From the NCBI GenBank assembly GCA_000004695.1, contig CM000152.2, positions 4,224,001 through 4,288,000 on the forward strand: a stretch of 64,000 nt of DNA. Reading direction: 5' to 3'. Shown piece after piece: positions 23,788-38,400 of this stretch; positions within the stretch are counted from its first letter, which is position 1, and every line of letters starts with the position of its first letter. The stretch is from Dictyostelium discoideum. Lineage: Eukaryota. Position numbers and translations under genes: made by a program. The notes below the pieces were generated by a model. The model saw nothing but the letters and a program-made list of their open reading frames with translations, had not been told where the DNA came from and did no database searches.

Positions 23788-26700
23788 ATGATAGAGAAAA
23801 GATCATTTTATTTCTTTTTATTTTTATTTATTTCATTTTTAATTTTTAACACTAATGCATTAGTTTTGTCTCAAAGTGAAAAAAATTGTTTATTATCACT
23901 TAATGGAAAAATTGGGAACACAAATCCAAATAATAATGATGGAGATCTTTGTTCTGAAATTCCTAATATAAAATGTATTGGCGAAAATGTTGTTGAATTA
24001 TCCTTTACTCAAATTAATACAGAAGTTATAAATGCATTAGATTTTAATTGTTTTTCAAGTTTATCAAAAGTGTAGGTTTTTTTTTTAAAAAGAAAAAATA
24101 TTGATTTAAAAAAATGGTATTAATAGTTTTTATTTTTTTTTTTCATATTTTTTTTTGTTTTTTTGTTTTTTTTTTTTTTGTTTTGTTTTTTTTAATTAAA
24201 AAAAAAAAAAAGAACATTAAATAACTTTTTCCTTGCAGAGGATTTCTTAACAAATAATCCCTTTCAAATCAATAATGTATCACTAAGTTTAATTGGTTCG
24301 ACTAGTGGTTTTAAAATTGATAAAATAATTTCATCAAAAATTAGTTATTTAGATATAAACCTAATAACAGAGGACTCAATTTTATTGAGTTATTTTATCA
24401 ATGTCAAAATATTGTAAGTTTTAATATTCAAAAAAAAATAAAAAATAAAAAAAATAAAAAAAAAATTAATTTAAATTATTTTAGAAATATTAAGGGTGCA
24501 ACTGGTCAAATAAATTTTGGAACAGAAACTTCAGATAATGAAGAAATTTATTTAGTTGGTAATAGTATTGCTATTTCATCACCATCAAGAATTGGTCTTT
24601 CAAATTATTCAAAATTAAAAATATTAAATATTGAAACATCAACAGATTTTAAAATTAATGATGGAAATTTTCAATTTATTAATGCACCTAGTTCACTTTA
24701 TAATTTTAAATTAAAAGGGTCAACATTTACAAATTTGGTTTCAGCATTTTCAGTTTTAAATAAAGTTAGTTCGATTGGAATTTCAAATAATTTAATTTCA
24801 ACTACTTTACCAACAACTCATCAATTAACAATTTCTCCATCATTAAATGTTGATTTATCAAATAATCAATTAACTGGTACAATTTCTCAAGATTATTGTT
24901 CAATTTCAAAAATTAATTTTTCATCAAATAAATTAACAGGGTAATTATTTAAAATTAATAATAATAATATAATAAATAATTCTAATTCTAATATATTAAT
25001 TTTTAATTTTATTTTAGAAATATTCCAAATTGTTTTACATGTTTTATGGATAGTGCAATGATTTTAAATTTTAATGGTAATAGTTTTACAGGTTTAAAAG
25101 AAGTAACAACCTATTGTAATGAAATTATACCAAAATTAAGATATGTAAAAGAGAGTAATAAAATTTATTTAGAAGGAACAAATTTAGGATTTAATGAAAA
25201 TATAGTTTCTAATCCAGTATTAACTTGGAAGATGCAAACCCCATCAAGTGTATTTGTTGCAGATACTATTAATAGCTACACAGATTCACAATTATTTACA
25301 GTGAATTTTCCAATTGCAAAAGCTTCATTTACAATTAGATTAGTAGAAGCAACACCAGTCGTTACAAGTATTATTGTATCTGCAAGTAAAGTATTAACAA
25401 TCCAAGGTAGTGATTTTTCAAATCATTTAAGTTTAACAAATGTAAAATTAAAAAAAAAAGGTGCAACCACTGATATAACATGTACAATCAATTCTTCAAG
25501 TTTTAATAAAATTGAATGTACTTGTAGTTCATTAGTATTTAGTTCAACCGATATTTATACATTGACTATAATAACATCTAATCAACTCTCAAAGGAAATT
25601 ACAACAAAATTTTCAGGTGCAACAACTATTTCAAGTTTACCATGTACAAATAATTGTTTCTCAAGAGGTACATGTTTATTTGATGGAACATGTGATTGTA
25701 ATGCTAATTCCACCACAAATAGTGATTGTAGTGAATGTATTTTTAATCATTATGGACCAACTTGTAGTTTAACATGTCCAATTGGTACCAATGGTAAAAT
25801 ATGTAGTGGTTATACATGTTTTACAAACAATGTAACATGTTCATGTATTGAAGATCAAGCCAATGGTAATGCATGTCAAAATAAAGTTTGTCCTAGTGGT
25901 TGTAGTGGTCATGGTACTTGTGATTCTTTAACAGGTGTTTGTTCTTGTTCAAATGGTTTTTATGGTACCGATTGCTCTAAAAAATCTTGTCCTATTGCTC
26001 CTAATGGATATGGATGCAGTGGTAATGTCAATGGAAAATGTAATGATGATGGTACATGTACTTGTAATTCACCATACTTTGGAAAAGATTGTTCATCTAT
26101 TCCATGTCCAGTATCAAATCAAAAGGAATGCGGTGGTAATGGTGCTTGTACATACTCAAATGGTACATGTAAATGTAACCCTGATTTCTATGAAGCTGAT
26201 TGTTCAAAAAAACATTGTCCTGTTGGTCCAAATAAATATGAATGTAGTGGTTATTTAAATGGAATATGTAAAGATAATGGTGCATGTACTTGTATCTCAC
26301 CCTACTATGGAACCAATTGTAGTCTTTCCCCATGTCCAAATTCATGTAGTGGAAATGGTAATTGTAATGGTGAAACTGGTAAATGTACTTGTGCTCATAA
26401 TTTCTATGAAGCAGATTGCTCAAAGAAACATTGCCCTACTGGTACCAATGAATTAGAATGTAGTGGTAATGTAAATGGAATATGTAATAACAATGGTACA
26501 TGTACTTGTAAACCACCCTATTTCGGAAATAATTGTGGCTCTATACCATGTCCAACTTCAAACACTCTATCATGTAGTGGTAATGGTAATTGTAATAATG
26601 TAACTGGTGTATGTAGTTGTAACAAAGATTTCTATCAATCCGATTGCTCAAAGAAACATTGCCCCGTTGGTGCCAATGGATTTGAATGTAGTGGTTATTT

Positions 26701-28597
26701 AAATGGAATATGTAATGACAATGGTGAATGTTCTTGTATTCCACCCTATTATGAAAAAGATTGTGGATATATACTTTGTCCAATTTCCAACTCTCTATCA
26801 TGTGGTGGTAATGGTAATTGTAATAATTTAACTGGTGTATGTAGTTGTAACACTGATTACTACGAATCAGATTGTTCAAAAAAACGTTGTCCCACTGGTT
26901 CAAATGGATTTGAATGTAGTGGTAATACCAATGGAAGATGTGATTCTGAAAGTGGTGAATGTGAATGTAATTCTGATCGTCAAGGTATCGATTGTGGTAC
27001 TGGTTTTCGTCAATGCCCAATCTATCAAGATCAATTATGTAATGGTAAATCATGTAATAATCAAACGGGTATATGTTCATGTGATCCAGGTGTGACGTTA
27101 CCAGATTGTAGTGGTGTTGCTTGTCCATCAACTTGTTCCAATGGTGCATATTGTGATATTTCAATTGGTCATTGTAAATGTGGACCCAGTTGGACTGGTA
27201 GTGATTGTAATGTACCACTTCATTATATTACCTCAATTGAACCATGTTCTACCAAAGGCGGTAAAGTTACATTCTATGGTTGGTTTGGTGATATTCACAA
27301 TTTAATTTCAATTAGTATTGGTGGTACAAGATGTACTAATATTGTAGAAACCAATCAAACGATTACATGTGAAATTGGAGCTGGTACAGGTTTAAAAGAT
27401 GTTCTTTTACTTCAAAATGGTGTTAGTGTTTTATCAAAGAATTCATTTAGATATTTAAATACTGAAGAATCAATATCATGTTTAAATGATTGTTCTGATA
27501 ATGGTGAATGCTCAACAACTTATGGTATTTGTAAATGTAAAATTGAAAAAATTGGATTTGATTGTTCAGCTAGAAAACCTCAAGATTTAATAACTCCATC
27601 ACCAACTCCATCAATATCTTCTTCTTCATCATCCTCTGATAATTCAACTTTAGAAATTGTACCAATTTCAATAACAAATATTGATTTCAAAAATGGAGAA
27701 ATTTTAATATCAAATGAAGATACTTCATTTACAATTTTATTAGATTCATTGGTTGAATTAGATTATAATGGTGATGTAGTTAAAACTACAATACTTAGAA
27801 ATAAATGGATTGGTTCTCAAGATCCTAATACTGAAAAATATAGTTTCTCACAATCAGTTTCTACTTTTAATGGAATATCAGGTAAAATTCAATTCGATGT
27901 AGAAGTTGTAAAAGATGATATTAAACAATATCAATTTGCAGGTTTAAATTTACCACTCGATAAAGATGGTATTGAAATCGTTGTAAATATTACAAATTAT
28001 CAATTCCTAAGTGGATTAAATACTTTACAATTGCGTTTCAATTCATTTGCCAATGAAATTGTTATTAAAGATAGTGATGACGATGATGAAGATTCCGATA
28101 GTTCAACAATAAATTATGATAATGGATGTAATGAAAGAGAAGCTGAAATTGATACAAAAAATATTGACCCTTCAAAAACTTTAAACTATATTTCAATTAA
28201 AAAGAATTCAAAGGTACTCTTTGGTAGATTCATTAATATTGCCATCTCTGATTCAAGACAAACTTTTATTACAAGTGAAATTATTGAAGAAAATACAAAT
28301 TCTTCAGCTATTACAATTGGTATTAATTTACCTCATTGTGTTGATTCATGTTTTATAGATCCTCAATTCACACTCTCACCAGATTATTCAACTTATAAAT
28401 TCTCATGTGTCGTTATAATTGTACCTCCTTCCAGAGTTTGGATAATTGTAATTGTTGTGGTTATACCTACCATTATTGCTTCGGTTGCTCTTTATTTTGG
28501 TATTAGATATTATAAAAAAAATAGATATTCAATTAGACTATATACTATGAAAAAATCAAGTGCTATTAAAAAGAAAATTACATTAAAAAAAAGTTAA
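23788..28597 (+). CDS. Large type-I transmembrane glycoprotein: signal peptide, LRR-like region, array of ~14 tenascin-type EGF-like repeats, IPT/TIG domain, C-terminal TM helix; exons 23788-24069, 24241-24413, 24485-24940, 25018-28597
   Basis: Signal peptide FYFFLFLFISFLIFNTNA. EGF modules of the form CSKKHCPxGxNGxECSGxxNGICxxNGxCxCxPPYxGxxC recur many times. TIG-like segment PLHYITSIEPCSTKGGKVTFYGW...RCTNIV. TM segment IIVIVVVIPTIIASVALYFGI. Introns: GTAAGT at 24414 to AG 24484, and GTAATT at 24941 to AG 25017, with consistent phases. The first donor (GTGTAG at 24070) is non-canonical and uncertain. Confidence 0.75.
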
Positions 28598-28917
28598 TAA
28601 ATAAAAATAATAATAATAATAATAAATTTAAAAATAATAATAATAAAAGAATTGTATAATATTTGTTCAACCCCATTTTAAAAAAGGAAAAATTTAAATT
28701 ATTAATAGATTTAAATTTTAATTTATATCTATTTAAAAAAAAAAAAAAAAAAAAAAAACATTTTTTTATTTTTTTATTATTCTTTTTATTTTTTTTGTGA
28801 TTAATAATTCATTCTTTTCCTTTTTATTTCAATTTTACTCTTTTTCTAACAAATGATTATTATTATTTCAATTTTAATTAATTTAAAAAAAAAAAAAAAT
28901 TAATTAATTAATGAAAA

Positions 28918-28962
<45 letters not shown>

Positions 28963-29053
28963 TAAAAGATAAATTAAAAATATTAATTAATCATTTTATA
29001 AATTAAAAAAAAAAGTATTAATTTAAAAACAACAAAAAACAACATTTTAAAAA

Positions 29054-29503
29054 ATGAAATTTTTAGTTTTAGTTTTATTAGCTTTATTGTCAATCAGCTT
29101 CGCTTCTGCAAGTCATCCAAATTACCAATGTGGTATATATCAATGTGCACCAGGACATTCATGTGTATGTGATGCAGGTGTTTATAGATGTGTTTATCAT
29201 TGTAATGAATTAACAATTATCCAAACTATAACAAACAGTTGGTCCGATAATAATGGCAAAGAATTTAAGACACAAGTTTCTGTTGACATCATTAACAACA
29301 CTAAAAGAACTGTTAAAGATGTAATTATTGCAACTGATGCTGATTTAGCTTTTAACCAAATTTGGGGAGTAAATAAAAACGGTTACCTTTTGGATTTACC
29401 AAATTATGCAACAATTGCTCCAGGTGCTAAATACACTTTTGGTTACATTAACAATGGTAAAACTGTTGCCCATCTTTATGTTGGTAACGTTTACCTCATC
29501 TAA
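29054..29503 (+). CDS. Small secreted Cys-rich protein with a C-terminal carbohydrate/cellulose-binding-module-like domain
   Basis: Signal peptide MKFLVLVLLALLSISFASA with a Cys-rich N-terminus. The C-terminal WSDNNGKEF...IWGV...GYLLDLP...IAPGAKYTFGYIN resembles Dictyostelium CBM8/CBM49-type cellulose-binding modules. Single exon. Confidence 0.55.
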   Translation: MKFLVLVLLALLSISFASASHPNYQCGIYQCAPGHSCVCDAGVYRCVYHCNELTIIQTITNSWSDNNGKEFKTQVSVDIINNTKRTVKDVIIATDADLAFNQIWGVNKNGYLLDLPNYATIAPGAKYTFGYINNGKTVAHLYVGNVYLI

Positions 29504-29815
29504 ATTTCAAATTTTTAGATCTCAATATCCATTTTTTTTAAAAATAATAAAAAAATAATCTCAACGTTTTTAAATTTTTAAATCTTATAAATTTTGTTTT
29601 TTTTTTTTTAATAATTAAAAATTTTCCCAATATTTGGATTTAAAAAAAAAAAAATAAGATTTACCAAAAATTAATTTTTAAAATCCTTTTTTTTTTTTTT
29701 TTTTTTTATTACTTATTTCTTTTTAAATTTTACATATACACATAAATAAAAAAATTCTTTTTATTTGTTAATTTAAATTATTATTTTTTTTTTTTTTTTT
29801 TTTTTTGTTTTAATT

Positions 29816-30042
29816 TTAAACTCTATTATAATCATCAATAATTAATTTATCCATTCCATCAAAACCTTCTTCATCATCACTATTTTCATAATCTACCAAT
29901 AAACTTGTTTTATCAGATTCAATTTCTTTTAATTCCCTACTCTTTCTACATCTACATCTAAAAATGTATTTTTCAAAAAATTCAACATAATGATTAATAA
30001 ATCCTTCATTAATTCCATAAACTACACAATTTAAAAATCCTT

Positions 30043-30087
<45 letters not shown>

Positions 30088-30440
30088 AAAAGTATTAATA
30101 ATTAATAATTAATAATAATTAGTTTAATTTATATTAATTTACCTTGAAGCGGTTGTAATAATAATTGAAATGCAAATAATGAGAATTGAGGATTATCAGG
30201 ATCAGAAAAATTTTGAATACTATTAATAATAGTTGGTAATTGAGATAATGAGAAAGCAATTAAATAAAATGATACAATTATATTAACTCTTGATACCAAA
30301 GAATTTGAATGCTGTGATATTTTCCATCTAATCGCAATAAATACTACTAAATTTATAAAAAATACTACAATTAATGGTAAATAATATAATAATCTAAAAA
30401 TACTAGTTGGGTCTGATATAAAACACCTAATAAAAAAATT

Positions 30441-30472
<32 letters not shown>

Positions 30473-31131
30473 AAATATTAATATAAAATTTATATATTTT
30501 TTTTTTTAAAATTTATATTAAGTACTTACCAAGAACCAGTTTTACCATATGCATGGAAAATTAAAGATATTATAGCAGTGAATAAAGGTATACCCCAACA
30601 AATGAAATGAAAATATTTGAACCAATGATTTAATTCGAATATAGTTGTAAAGAAAACCATGAATAAACTAATTGAGATACACATTGTCCAAAGGTAAGAA
30701 GATGATAAAAAGAATACTAAACCCATACCTTGAAGATTACACATTATATCACTATCACGATAATATGGTAAATAGAATATCGCTGCAAATAAATCTGATA
30801 AACTTAGAAAGAATATCATTTTCGTTGCAAATGTTCTAGCTGCTTTAAATAAAAAAAATGATACAATTATAAATAATGCTCCTACTATACCCATAGTTGA
30901 TGAAAAATATACAATCTTATCCAATGATTCAATTTGTTCCTTTGAAAAATCATAATCATTTGGTGATTCTGTTTCTTTTATTATTATTGTATCATTTGTT
31001 GTTATTGTTGTTAAAAAATTATTTATCATTTTATTATTATTAAAATTATCATTTTCTCCACTCCTTATATCATTACTTGAAACAATAATAATTATAAAAC
31101 TAATAAATGTTGATAATAATATTTGTATCAT
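29816..31131 (-). CDS. cAMP-receptor-like (Crl family) seven-transmembrane GPCR; exons 31131-30530, 30426-30153, 30039-29816
   Basis: TM3-like SYLWTMCISISLFM corresponds to cAR1 CWLWTLCLAISIYM. TM4-like HFICWGIPLFTAIIS corresponds to cAR1 YYLLCWGLPLISTIV. Donors are GTAAGT at 30529 and GTAAAT at 30152; acceptors are attag at 30427 and ccaag at 30040; phases are consistent. Confidence 0.75.
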
Positions 31132-31794
31132 AAAATATTTTATATATTATATTGTATGTATGTATGTGTTTATATATGTATGAATAAAACTATTTATTAT
31201 TTATTATTATTTTTTATTTTTTATTTTTTTTTTTTTATTTTTTTTTTATTTTTTTTTTTTATTTTTTTTTTTTATTTTTTTTTTTTTTATTATTATTTTT
31301 AATTATTTATAAATAAATAGTATTGTTGAGGTTTCGTATTTTTATAATAAATGTTGTTATTTGATAAAATGAGATGTTTGTTGTTGATAAATGTGGATAG
31401 AGGGGAAATAAAAAATAAAAAATAAAAAATAAAAAAATAAAAAATAAAAAAAAAAAAAAAAATAAAAAAAAAATAAAAAATAAAAATTAAAAAATAAAAA
31501 AAACAATACCAAAAAAGAAAAAAAAAAACTAAAAAAAAAAACAGTTTATGATTCATGGTGCAAATTGTTTTGATGAAATTAACAAAAATATGATCAATTA
31601 ATTTTATTATAATTTTTGAAAAATCTAAATAATATAAAAAAAAAAAATTATATTAAATTTTAACAATTACTACCTATTTGTTCTTCAATGAACTAAATAG
31701 TTTTATATGTATTTGTACAAATTATTTTATACCTTTTTTTTATATTTTTATTTCCTTTTTTTTTTTTTTTTTTTTCACCTATAAATGAATAAAC

Positions 31795-31821
31795 TTAGTT
31801 AAACCAGAATTGATTATTATT

Positions 31822-31858
<37 letters not shown>

Positions 31859-32835
31859 GGTGGTGAAAAGAGGTTGTTATTATTATTATTTCCAAAATTG
31901 TTATTATCATTATTATTATTATTTCCAAAACTATTATTGTTGCTATTGTTGCTCTTATTTCCAAAATCGCTAAAGTCACCAAAACCATCAAAGCTGTTAT
32001 TATTATTTCTATTATTACTATTATTATTATTTTGTTGTTGTTGTTGTTGTGGTGGTTGTTGTGGTTGTTGTGGTGAAGAGTTGAAATTAAATGGGTCATT
32101 TCCAAAAATATTATTATTGTTATTATTATTATTTTGGTGTGGAGAAGAGAAGAAATCATTTTGTTGAGGTGGTTTTTGAATAGTTTTTGAAGAAGCTGGT
32201 GGAGGTGGAGATAAAAGGAAACCACCACCACTTGCACCTGTTAAAACTGGTAAATTCTTTTTATTATTATTGTTATTATTATTTCCAGCTGGTGCTTTTG
32301 AAGTTGGTGCTTTAAATGGAATATGAATTGTTTGACCAGTCTTTAAACTATAATCTTTCTTTGGTTCATTTTCATAATTTCTTCTTTGAATTTCAATATC
32401 TTTTTTATTTTTAATATAACTATAAATAATGAATAAATATTATTAAAAAAAGGGGTTAGTGTTTTGGTTTTCTAGAAAATTGCAATTGGATCATTTTAAT
32501 TGATTTCATTTGATTGCCCTCCCATCCCCCCCACTGAGTGTGTGTGTTTATGATCATAATAAAAATTAAAATGAAATGAAAAATACTTTTGATGATCTTG
32601 TAAAGTTGCATTGAATTCAAAAGCATCATCTCTATCGGTGAAACCCATTCCAACAAATGCATGACGTTCACCATCTTTAATTCTAATTACAAAATAACGA
32701 CTACTATCGACAACTGGTTCAACAGAGTTTTGATCAAATGGGCATTGTGCAAAGATTTCACCATTATTTGGATCTTCAAATCTGATAACACAATTTTCAC
32801 CTCTTGCTACAATAACTAATCTGCCAGTCCCTATA

Positions 32836-32874
<39 letters not shown>

Positions 32875-32960
32875 ATTGTGAGAGTGAGTGATTTTGTGAT
32901 TATATTTATTAAATTATTTGATTTAAAATTAATTTATTAATATTTGAGTTATAGAAAAAA

Positions 32961-32991
<31 letters not shown>

Positions 32992-33140
32992 AAAATTTTA
33001 TTTAAATCAAAAAACTTACAAATAAAGGAAGATGGATCCCAATCTTGAGCTTTATAACCACTTGCACTTGGTCTTGGTGGAATTCTATAAATAAAACATT
33101 CCTTTTTGACTAAAAGTGTTTGTTCATAATCTTCATCCAT
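31795..33140 (-). CDS. NECAP (adaptin ear-binding coat-associated protein, DUF1681) homologue with an N/Q-rich tail; exons 33140-33020, 32830-32587, 32419-31795
   Basis: [20 protein letters not shown]|[10 protein letters not shown]...[38 protein letters not shown] aligns with the human NECAP1 PHear domain. Donors are GTAAGT at 33019 and GTATTT at 32586; acceptors are tatag at 32831 and tatag at 32420. An alternative ATG lies at 33170. Confidence 0.8.
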
Positions 33141-33412
33141 TTTAAATTTAGTAATATGTAAATATTCCAAATATGATATTTATTAAATAAATATAAATTA
33201 GGTAAACAACAACGTGTGTGTGTGGTAATATTAAAAAAATTAAAAAAATTAAAAAAAAAAAATTAAAAAATTAAAAAAAACCAAAAAAAAAAATTAAAAA
33301 AAATTAAAAAAAATTAAAAAAAAAAAAAGATTGTAGGTGAAATTTCTATTTAAAAGTCATAAATAAAAAAAAAAAACCAGCTTGGAAACTTGCAAAAAAT
33401 AATTTTAAAAAA

Positions 33413-33475
<63 letters not shown>

Positions 33476-33592
33476 ACAAATAAATAAATAAATAAACAAA
33501 CAAATAAATATATAAATATATATAAATATAAATTTTTTTTTTCAAAAAAAAAAAAATAAAAAAAAAAAAATAAAAAAAATTAAACAAATAAA

Positions 33593-36272
33593 ATGGGAGG
33601 TTCATGGAAAGATAAAGCTTCTTCATATATTATTCAAGATTCATTAATTAGTAGTTCACAAGTTAAATCTCTGTCCAATAGTGCCATAGAAAGTTGTTTA
33701 AAAAATTTAGGAGTATGTTATTAAAAAATAAAAAAAAAAAAAAATAACTTTTTTCTTACTTACTATTATTATTATTTTTTTTTTTATTTTATTTTTTTTA
33801 TTTTTTTTTTTATAGTATATAAGTTACTTTTCAAATTCTATAAATGAAATGTTAAGTAAATGTGATAGTAGATATATAATATCAATATTATATTTAGTTG
33901 ATGGTATATTTAGAGTATTAAATAAAAATTATGGTGAAGAGAATAAAAAGAAAGAACCATTATTTTCACAATTAAATGAATCATTCTCTTTAATGTTACA
34001 ACAAAATGAAAAGAAGATTCTAGGCTCAACACCAGAAAAAGATTGTATAAAATTAATTAAACTACTTCAAATTTGGTTAAAACGTAATGATTTAGATCAA
34101 CATTTATTAAAGAAATGGGTTTTTAGAATTTCAACAGATTTAAATATTGATATAGATAATTTAGATTCATACCAAACTAATAATAATAATAATATAAATG
34201 AAAACAATACAACTATATCATCATCATCAACATTTGTAAATAAAAAGAGAACATTAGATAGTAATTTTGATATTGATGATATACTTGAGCCATCATCATT
34301 TAAACATCAAAAAGTAGATAATAGTATTGGTATAAACAGTATTAATAATAGTAATAAACTATTACAACAACAACAACAATTAAATCAATTATTAAAAGAG
34401 AATTTAATATATGGATTACCAATGGAGATGTTATTTGAAATTTTATCGAATTTATCAGTTGTAGATTTAGTTAAAGTTTCAAAAGTTAGTAAATTCTTTT
34501 ATAGTGTTGTAAATAATTTACCAAGTTGTACGAGTATATCATTTGAAAATATGATTTTACCATCAATTGATATGCAAAGATCATTGATTCAATTTAATTT
34601 AGTTGTAAATGTAAATCTATCCTTTAGTAGATTCGTTACAAATGATGTTATAATCACATTAGCAAAACATTGTAAACATTTGGAATCTTTAAATGTTAAT
34701 GGTTGTTTACAATTGGATTTAACCTCGATGATTCAATTATTAAGACATTCAAGAAATTTAAAATCTTTAAAAATGTCTCAAGTCGTTTGTGATGGTGTTA
34801 TGGAATTATCAAATAAATTAAAAAACACATCACAAAATTCAAATACTACTACAACAACAACCACTACCACAACAGCATCAAATACAAAACATAAAAAACA
34901 ACCAATACCATTTGGTAGATTAGGAAGATATCCAAATAAAAGAGCGAGAGCAAGAGAAAGAAAAGCAAGATTAAAACAAAAACACCAACAACAACAACAA
35001 CAAGCTAAAACAAGAAGAATAAAAGATAAAACCAAAGAGGTATTATTAGCTAAAGTTTTCTTTGATTTATTATTTAATATTAAGAATGGTATTATTGATG
35101 ATTCTGATGATATTGATGATGATAATAATAATATAAATAATAATAATGAAAATAAAAAAAAAGTCACTAAAAAGAAAAAGAAAAAAGAAGTCAAGGGCAA
35201 TGCTAGTGGTGAATTAGATCAAGAATTTATAGATTTAGTAAGTGATTGTGAAATGCGTGAACATGATGAAAATGAACAGAAACATATAGATATAGAAAAT
35301 AATTGTAATAATAATAATAATAATAATAATAGTAATAATAATAGTGATGATAGTAATGAAGAAGAAGATTATGAAACTAGTGAAGAAGAAGAAGAAGAAG
35401 ATAATGAAGATGGACATGGCTTTAATTATGATGATTATAGTTATCACTATGATTATGATTATGATGACGATGATGATGAATATAGAATTGGGAGAGGAGG
35501 AGGAGGAGGAGGAGGAGATGGAGGAGAAAAAGCAGTAGGAGAAGGAGGAGGATACAGTAATTCTCCTGTTAATAATAAAAAAATTAGATTAAGAGAATTA
35601 GATATTAGTTGTTGTCATCCATTAATATTTTTAATACTTCAAAATTATAACAAACCATTATCAACAAGTTTAGTTAAATTAAATATTGATTGTATGTGTG
35701 CTTCAATTGAAATTGGTGGTTATGCCGCTGGTATTAATAATATTTTTAGCAATTTTCCATTCCTATCAAAATTAAATTCATTATTTAATCCTATAATACA
35801 TAATAATAATAGTAATACAACAACAACAACAACCACCACATCAGCTACAAATACTAATGAATCATCGTTAACGAATAATATTCAAATGGTACCAAATAAT
35901 TTTAAAATTATTGTAAAATCAGATTCAATTTGGAGACGATTAATTTTTAATGATTCAAATGGTTTCGAAAAATTGATATTACAAAAACAATCACAATATC
36001 TACAACAACCAAATTCAGAATATTCAATTAAAAAATTTAGGAAATATGTTAATAAACGTTATTTATTTGGTACAACTTCAATTTATATGGCTTGTAAATA
36101 TGGAAATTTTAAAGCAATTGATACTTTAATGTCATTAAATTCAAATAATAACAATAGTAATAATAATTATAGTAATAATAATAATAATAATAGTAATAAT
36201 AATAATAATAATCATAATAACAATAATAATAATAATAATAATAATAACAATAATAATAATGATAATAGTAAC

Positions 36273-36327
<55 letters not shown>

Positions 36328-36812
36328 GAGTTGTAAATATTAATATACCAGATTATTATGGTATAACACCATTATTAGTTTCAAATAATATTTTCATTGT
36401 AAAGAAATTAGTTGATGAATATGGTGTTGTTGCATCAAGTGAATTTGAAGAATTATTTATAAAGGTTTGTTTAATATTAAATAAATATCATTCATTCTTA
36501 ATTGAAGAATCACAAGCTAGACCTGATTCACCAACAAATGAAGAGTTTGATCAATTGTTAACCATGCTTTTAAAAACACCACCTCTAATTACAAATCAAG
36601 AAATTTATCGTCAAAATAATATCTTATTGGTAAAGTTTGTAAAAAATTTTAAATTCTTTCAAGACTATGTCAAAAGTTCTCATAATATTACAAAACGTGC
36701 ATTGCTATTATCTCAAACATTACGTGATGATTCAATTTATGAAAAAACTGATCTTTCAAATATGAGTAAAGAATATGAAAAAAGAATTTTAATGGTTTTA
36801 TATCATGGTTAA
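33593..36812 (+). CDS. F-box / leucine-rich-repeat protein with N/Q-rich and acidic low-complexity inserts and ankyrin-like C-terminal repeats; exons 33593-33712 and 33816-36812
   Basis: Exon 1 MGGSWKDKASSYIIQDSLISSSQVKSLSNSAIESCLKNLG has donor GTATGT at 33713 and acceptor tatag at 33815 (phase 0). F-box LPMEMLFEILSNLSVVDLVKVSKVSKFF. LRR-like LAKHCKHLESLNVNGC..LRHSRNLKSLKMS. Confidence 0.65.
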
Positions 36813-37172
36813 AAAAAAATAATTAATAATAATAATAATAATAATATGTTAATTATTTTTATAAATATTTTATTTTAATTATTAAATTTTCTTTTGTTTT
36901 AATTTTTTGTTTTTTTTTTGAAATAAATTCTGTGAATTTATTTTTAGATTGAGACGTGTTAATTTTGCATATGCAAAAATATTTTAATTTGGTTTATGAC
37001 ACATCAAAATTTTTTATTTATTTTTTTTTTCTTTTTTATTTTAATCTAAACCTTTTTTTTTTTTTTTGGTACTTAAAAAATATCTTTGGGAAATTGTTTA
37101 ATTATTCACTGATTAGATTTCCGGGATAGTTTAAACCACACAATGTTTTTCGACCAAACAATTTAATTTTTT

Positions 37173-37206
<34 letters not shown>

Positions 37207-37303
37207 GTCTAGGCAACGAAATTTTAGATTTTTTTTTTTTTTTTTTTTTAATATAAATAATTCAGGTTTTCATTACCAAAAAAACTAAATTATAAATAAT
37301 AAA

Positions 37304-38400
37304 ATGGAAAATATTACTCTTGATCAATACCTTCAATCAGCAGTTGATGTTGTTAAAGAGATTGGCCCAATGATTTTAAAAAACTATAACAGTCGTTCAA
37401 AACAAATTGAATACAAAGGTGCTATTGATTTAGTTACTGATACTGATAAAGGTAAATTTAAAAAAAAAATTAAAGAAAAAAAAAAAAAAAAATTTTAAAT
37501 GATTGGATAATCTAATTTATAAATATTCTTTTCTCTTTCTCTCTATTTGTTTGTTTGTTTTATTTATTTATTTATTTATTTATTTTAAATTTAAATTTAA
37601 TTTTTAGCTGTTGAAGAACATATTATTAAAACATTGACAACTAAATATCCACATACAAAGATTTTAGGAGAAGAATCAACTAAAGATGGAATTTACAATT
37701 GGGGTAATGAACCAACATGGGTAATTGATCCAATTGATGGTACAACCAATTTCGTTCATAGATTCCCATTATTTTGTGTTTCAATTGCATTATCAATAAA
37801 CAAAGAAATTGTTGTTGCTTGTTTATATGCACCAGTATTGGATGAATTATTCACAGCAACTAAAGGTGGTGGTGCCTTTTTAAATGGTGAATCAATTTCA
37901 GTTTCATCTGTTGAACATCTTTCACAATCAATCATTTCAACAAATGTTGGTTATGATAGATCCGATAAAGGTATTGAATTTATGTTAACGTAAGTATAAA
38001 AATAATAATAATAATTAAAAATTGGGAAAAAAAAAAAAAAGTGTGTGAATTTGAATTGTTAATATTAATAATGATTGAAAAAAAAAATAAAAAAAATAAA
38101 AAAAATAAAAGTAATTTCAAAAATATTTTAAAGGATAATGTTCAAGCATTAAGATTCTCAGGTACAGCAGCATGGGAAATGGCAAGTGTATCATGTGGTA
38201 GAGTTGATAGTTTCTATGAATGGGGTATTCATCCATGGGATATTGCTGCTGCCTCTTTATTAATTACAGAAGCTGGCGGTGTTGTTGTTGACCCATCAGG
38301 TGGTAAATGTGATATGGAATCTAGAAAAGTTTTATGTGGTAATCCAAATATTGTTAATAAATTATCAAAATTATTAATTGAAAAACCAACTTCTAATTAA
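37304..38400 (+). CDS. Inositol monophosphatase (IMPase); exons 37304-37451, 37608-37989, 38112-38400
   Basis: Motifs ILGEE, WVIDPIDGTTNFVH and WDIAAASLLITEAGG. Donors GTAAAT at 37452 and GTAAGT at 37990; acceptors ttttag at 37607 and aaaag at 38111. Aligns with human IMPA1 through ...GTAAVNMCLV.... Confidence 0.85.

Noticed and set aside
33405-33626. ORF over the (AAATAAAT)n / (TTTATTTATC)n repeat upstream of the F-box gene
   Set aside because: It is a simple-sequence repeat in the promoter region. The real first exon (ATG 33593) overlaps its end in another frame.
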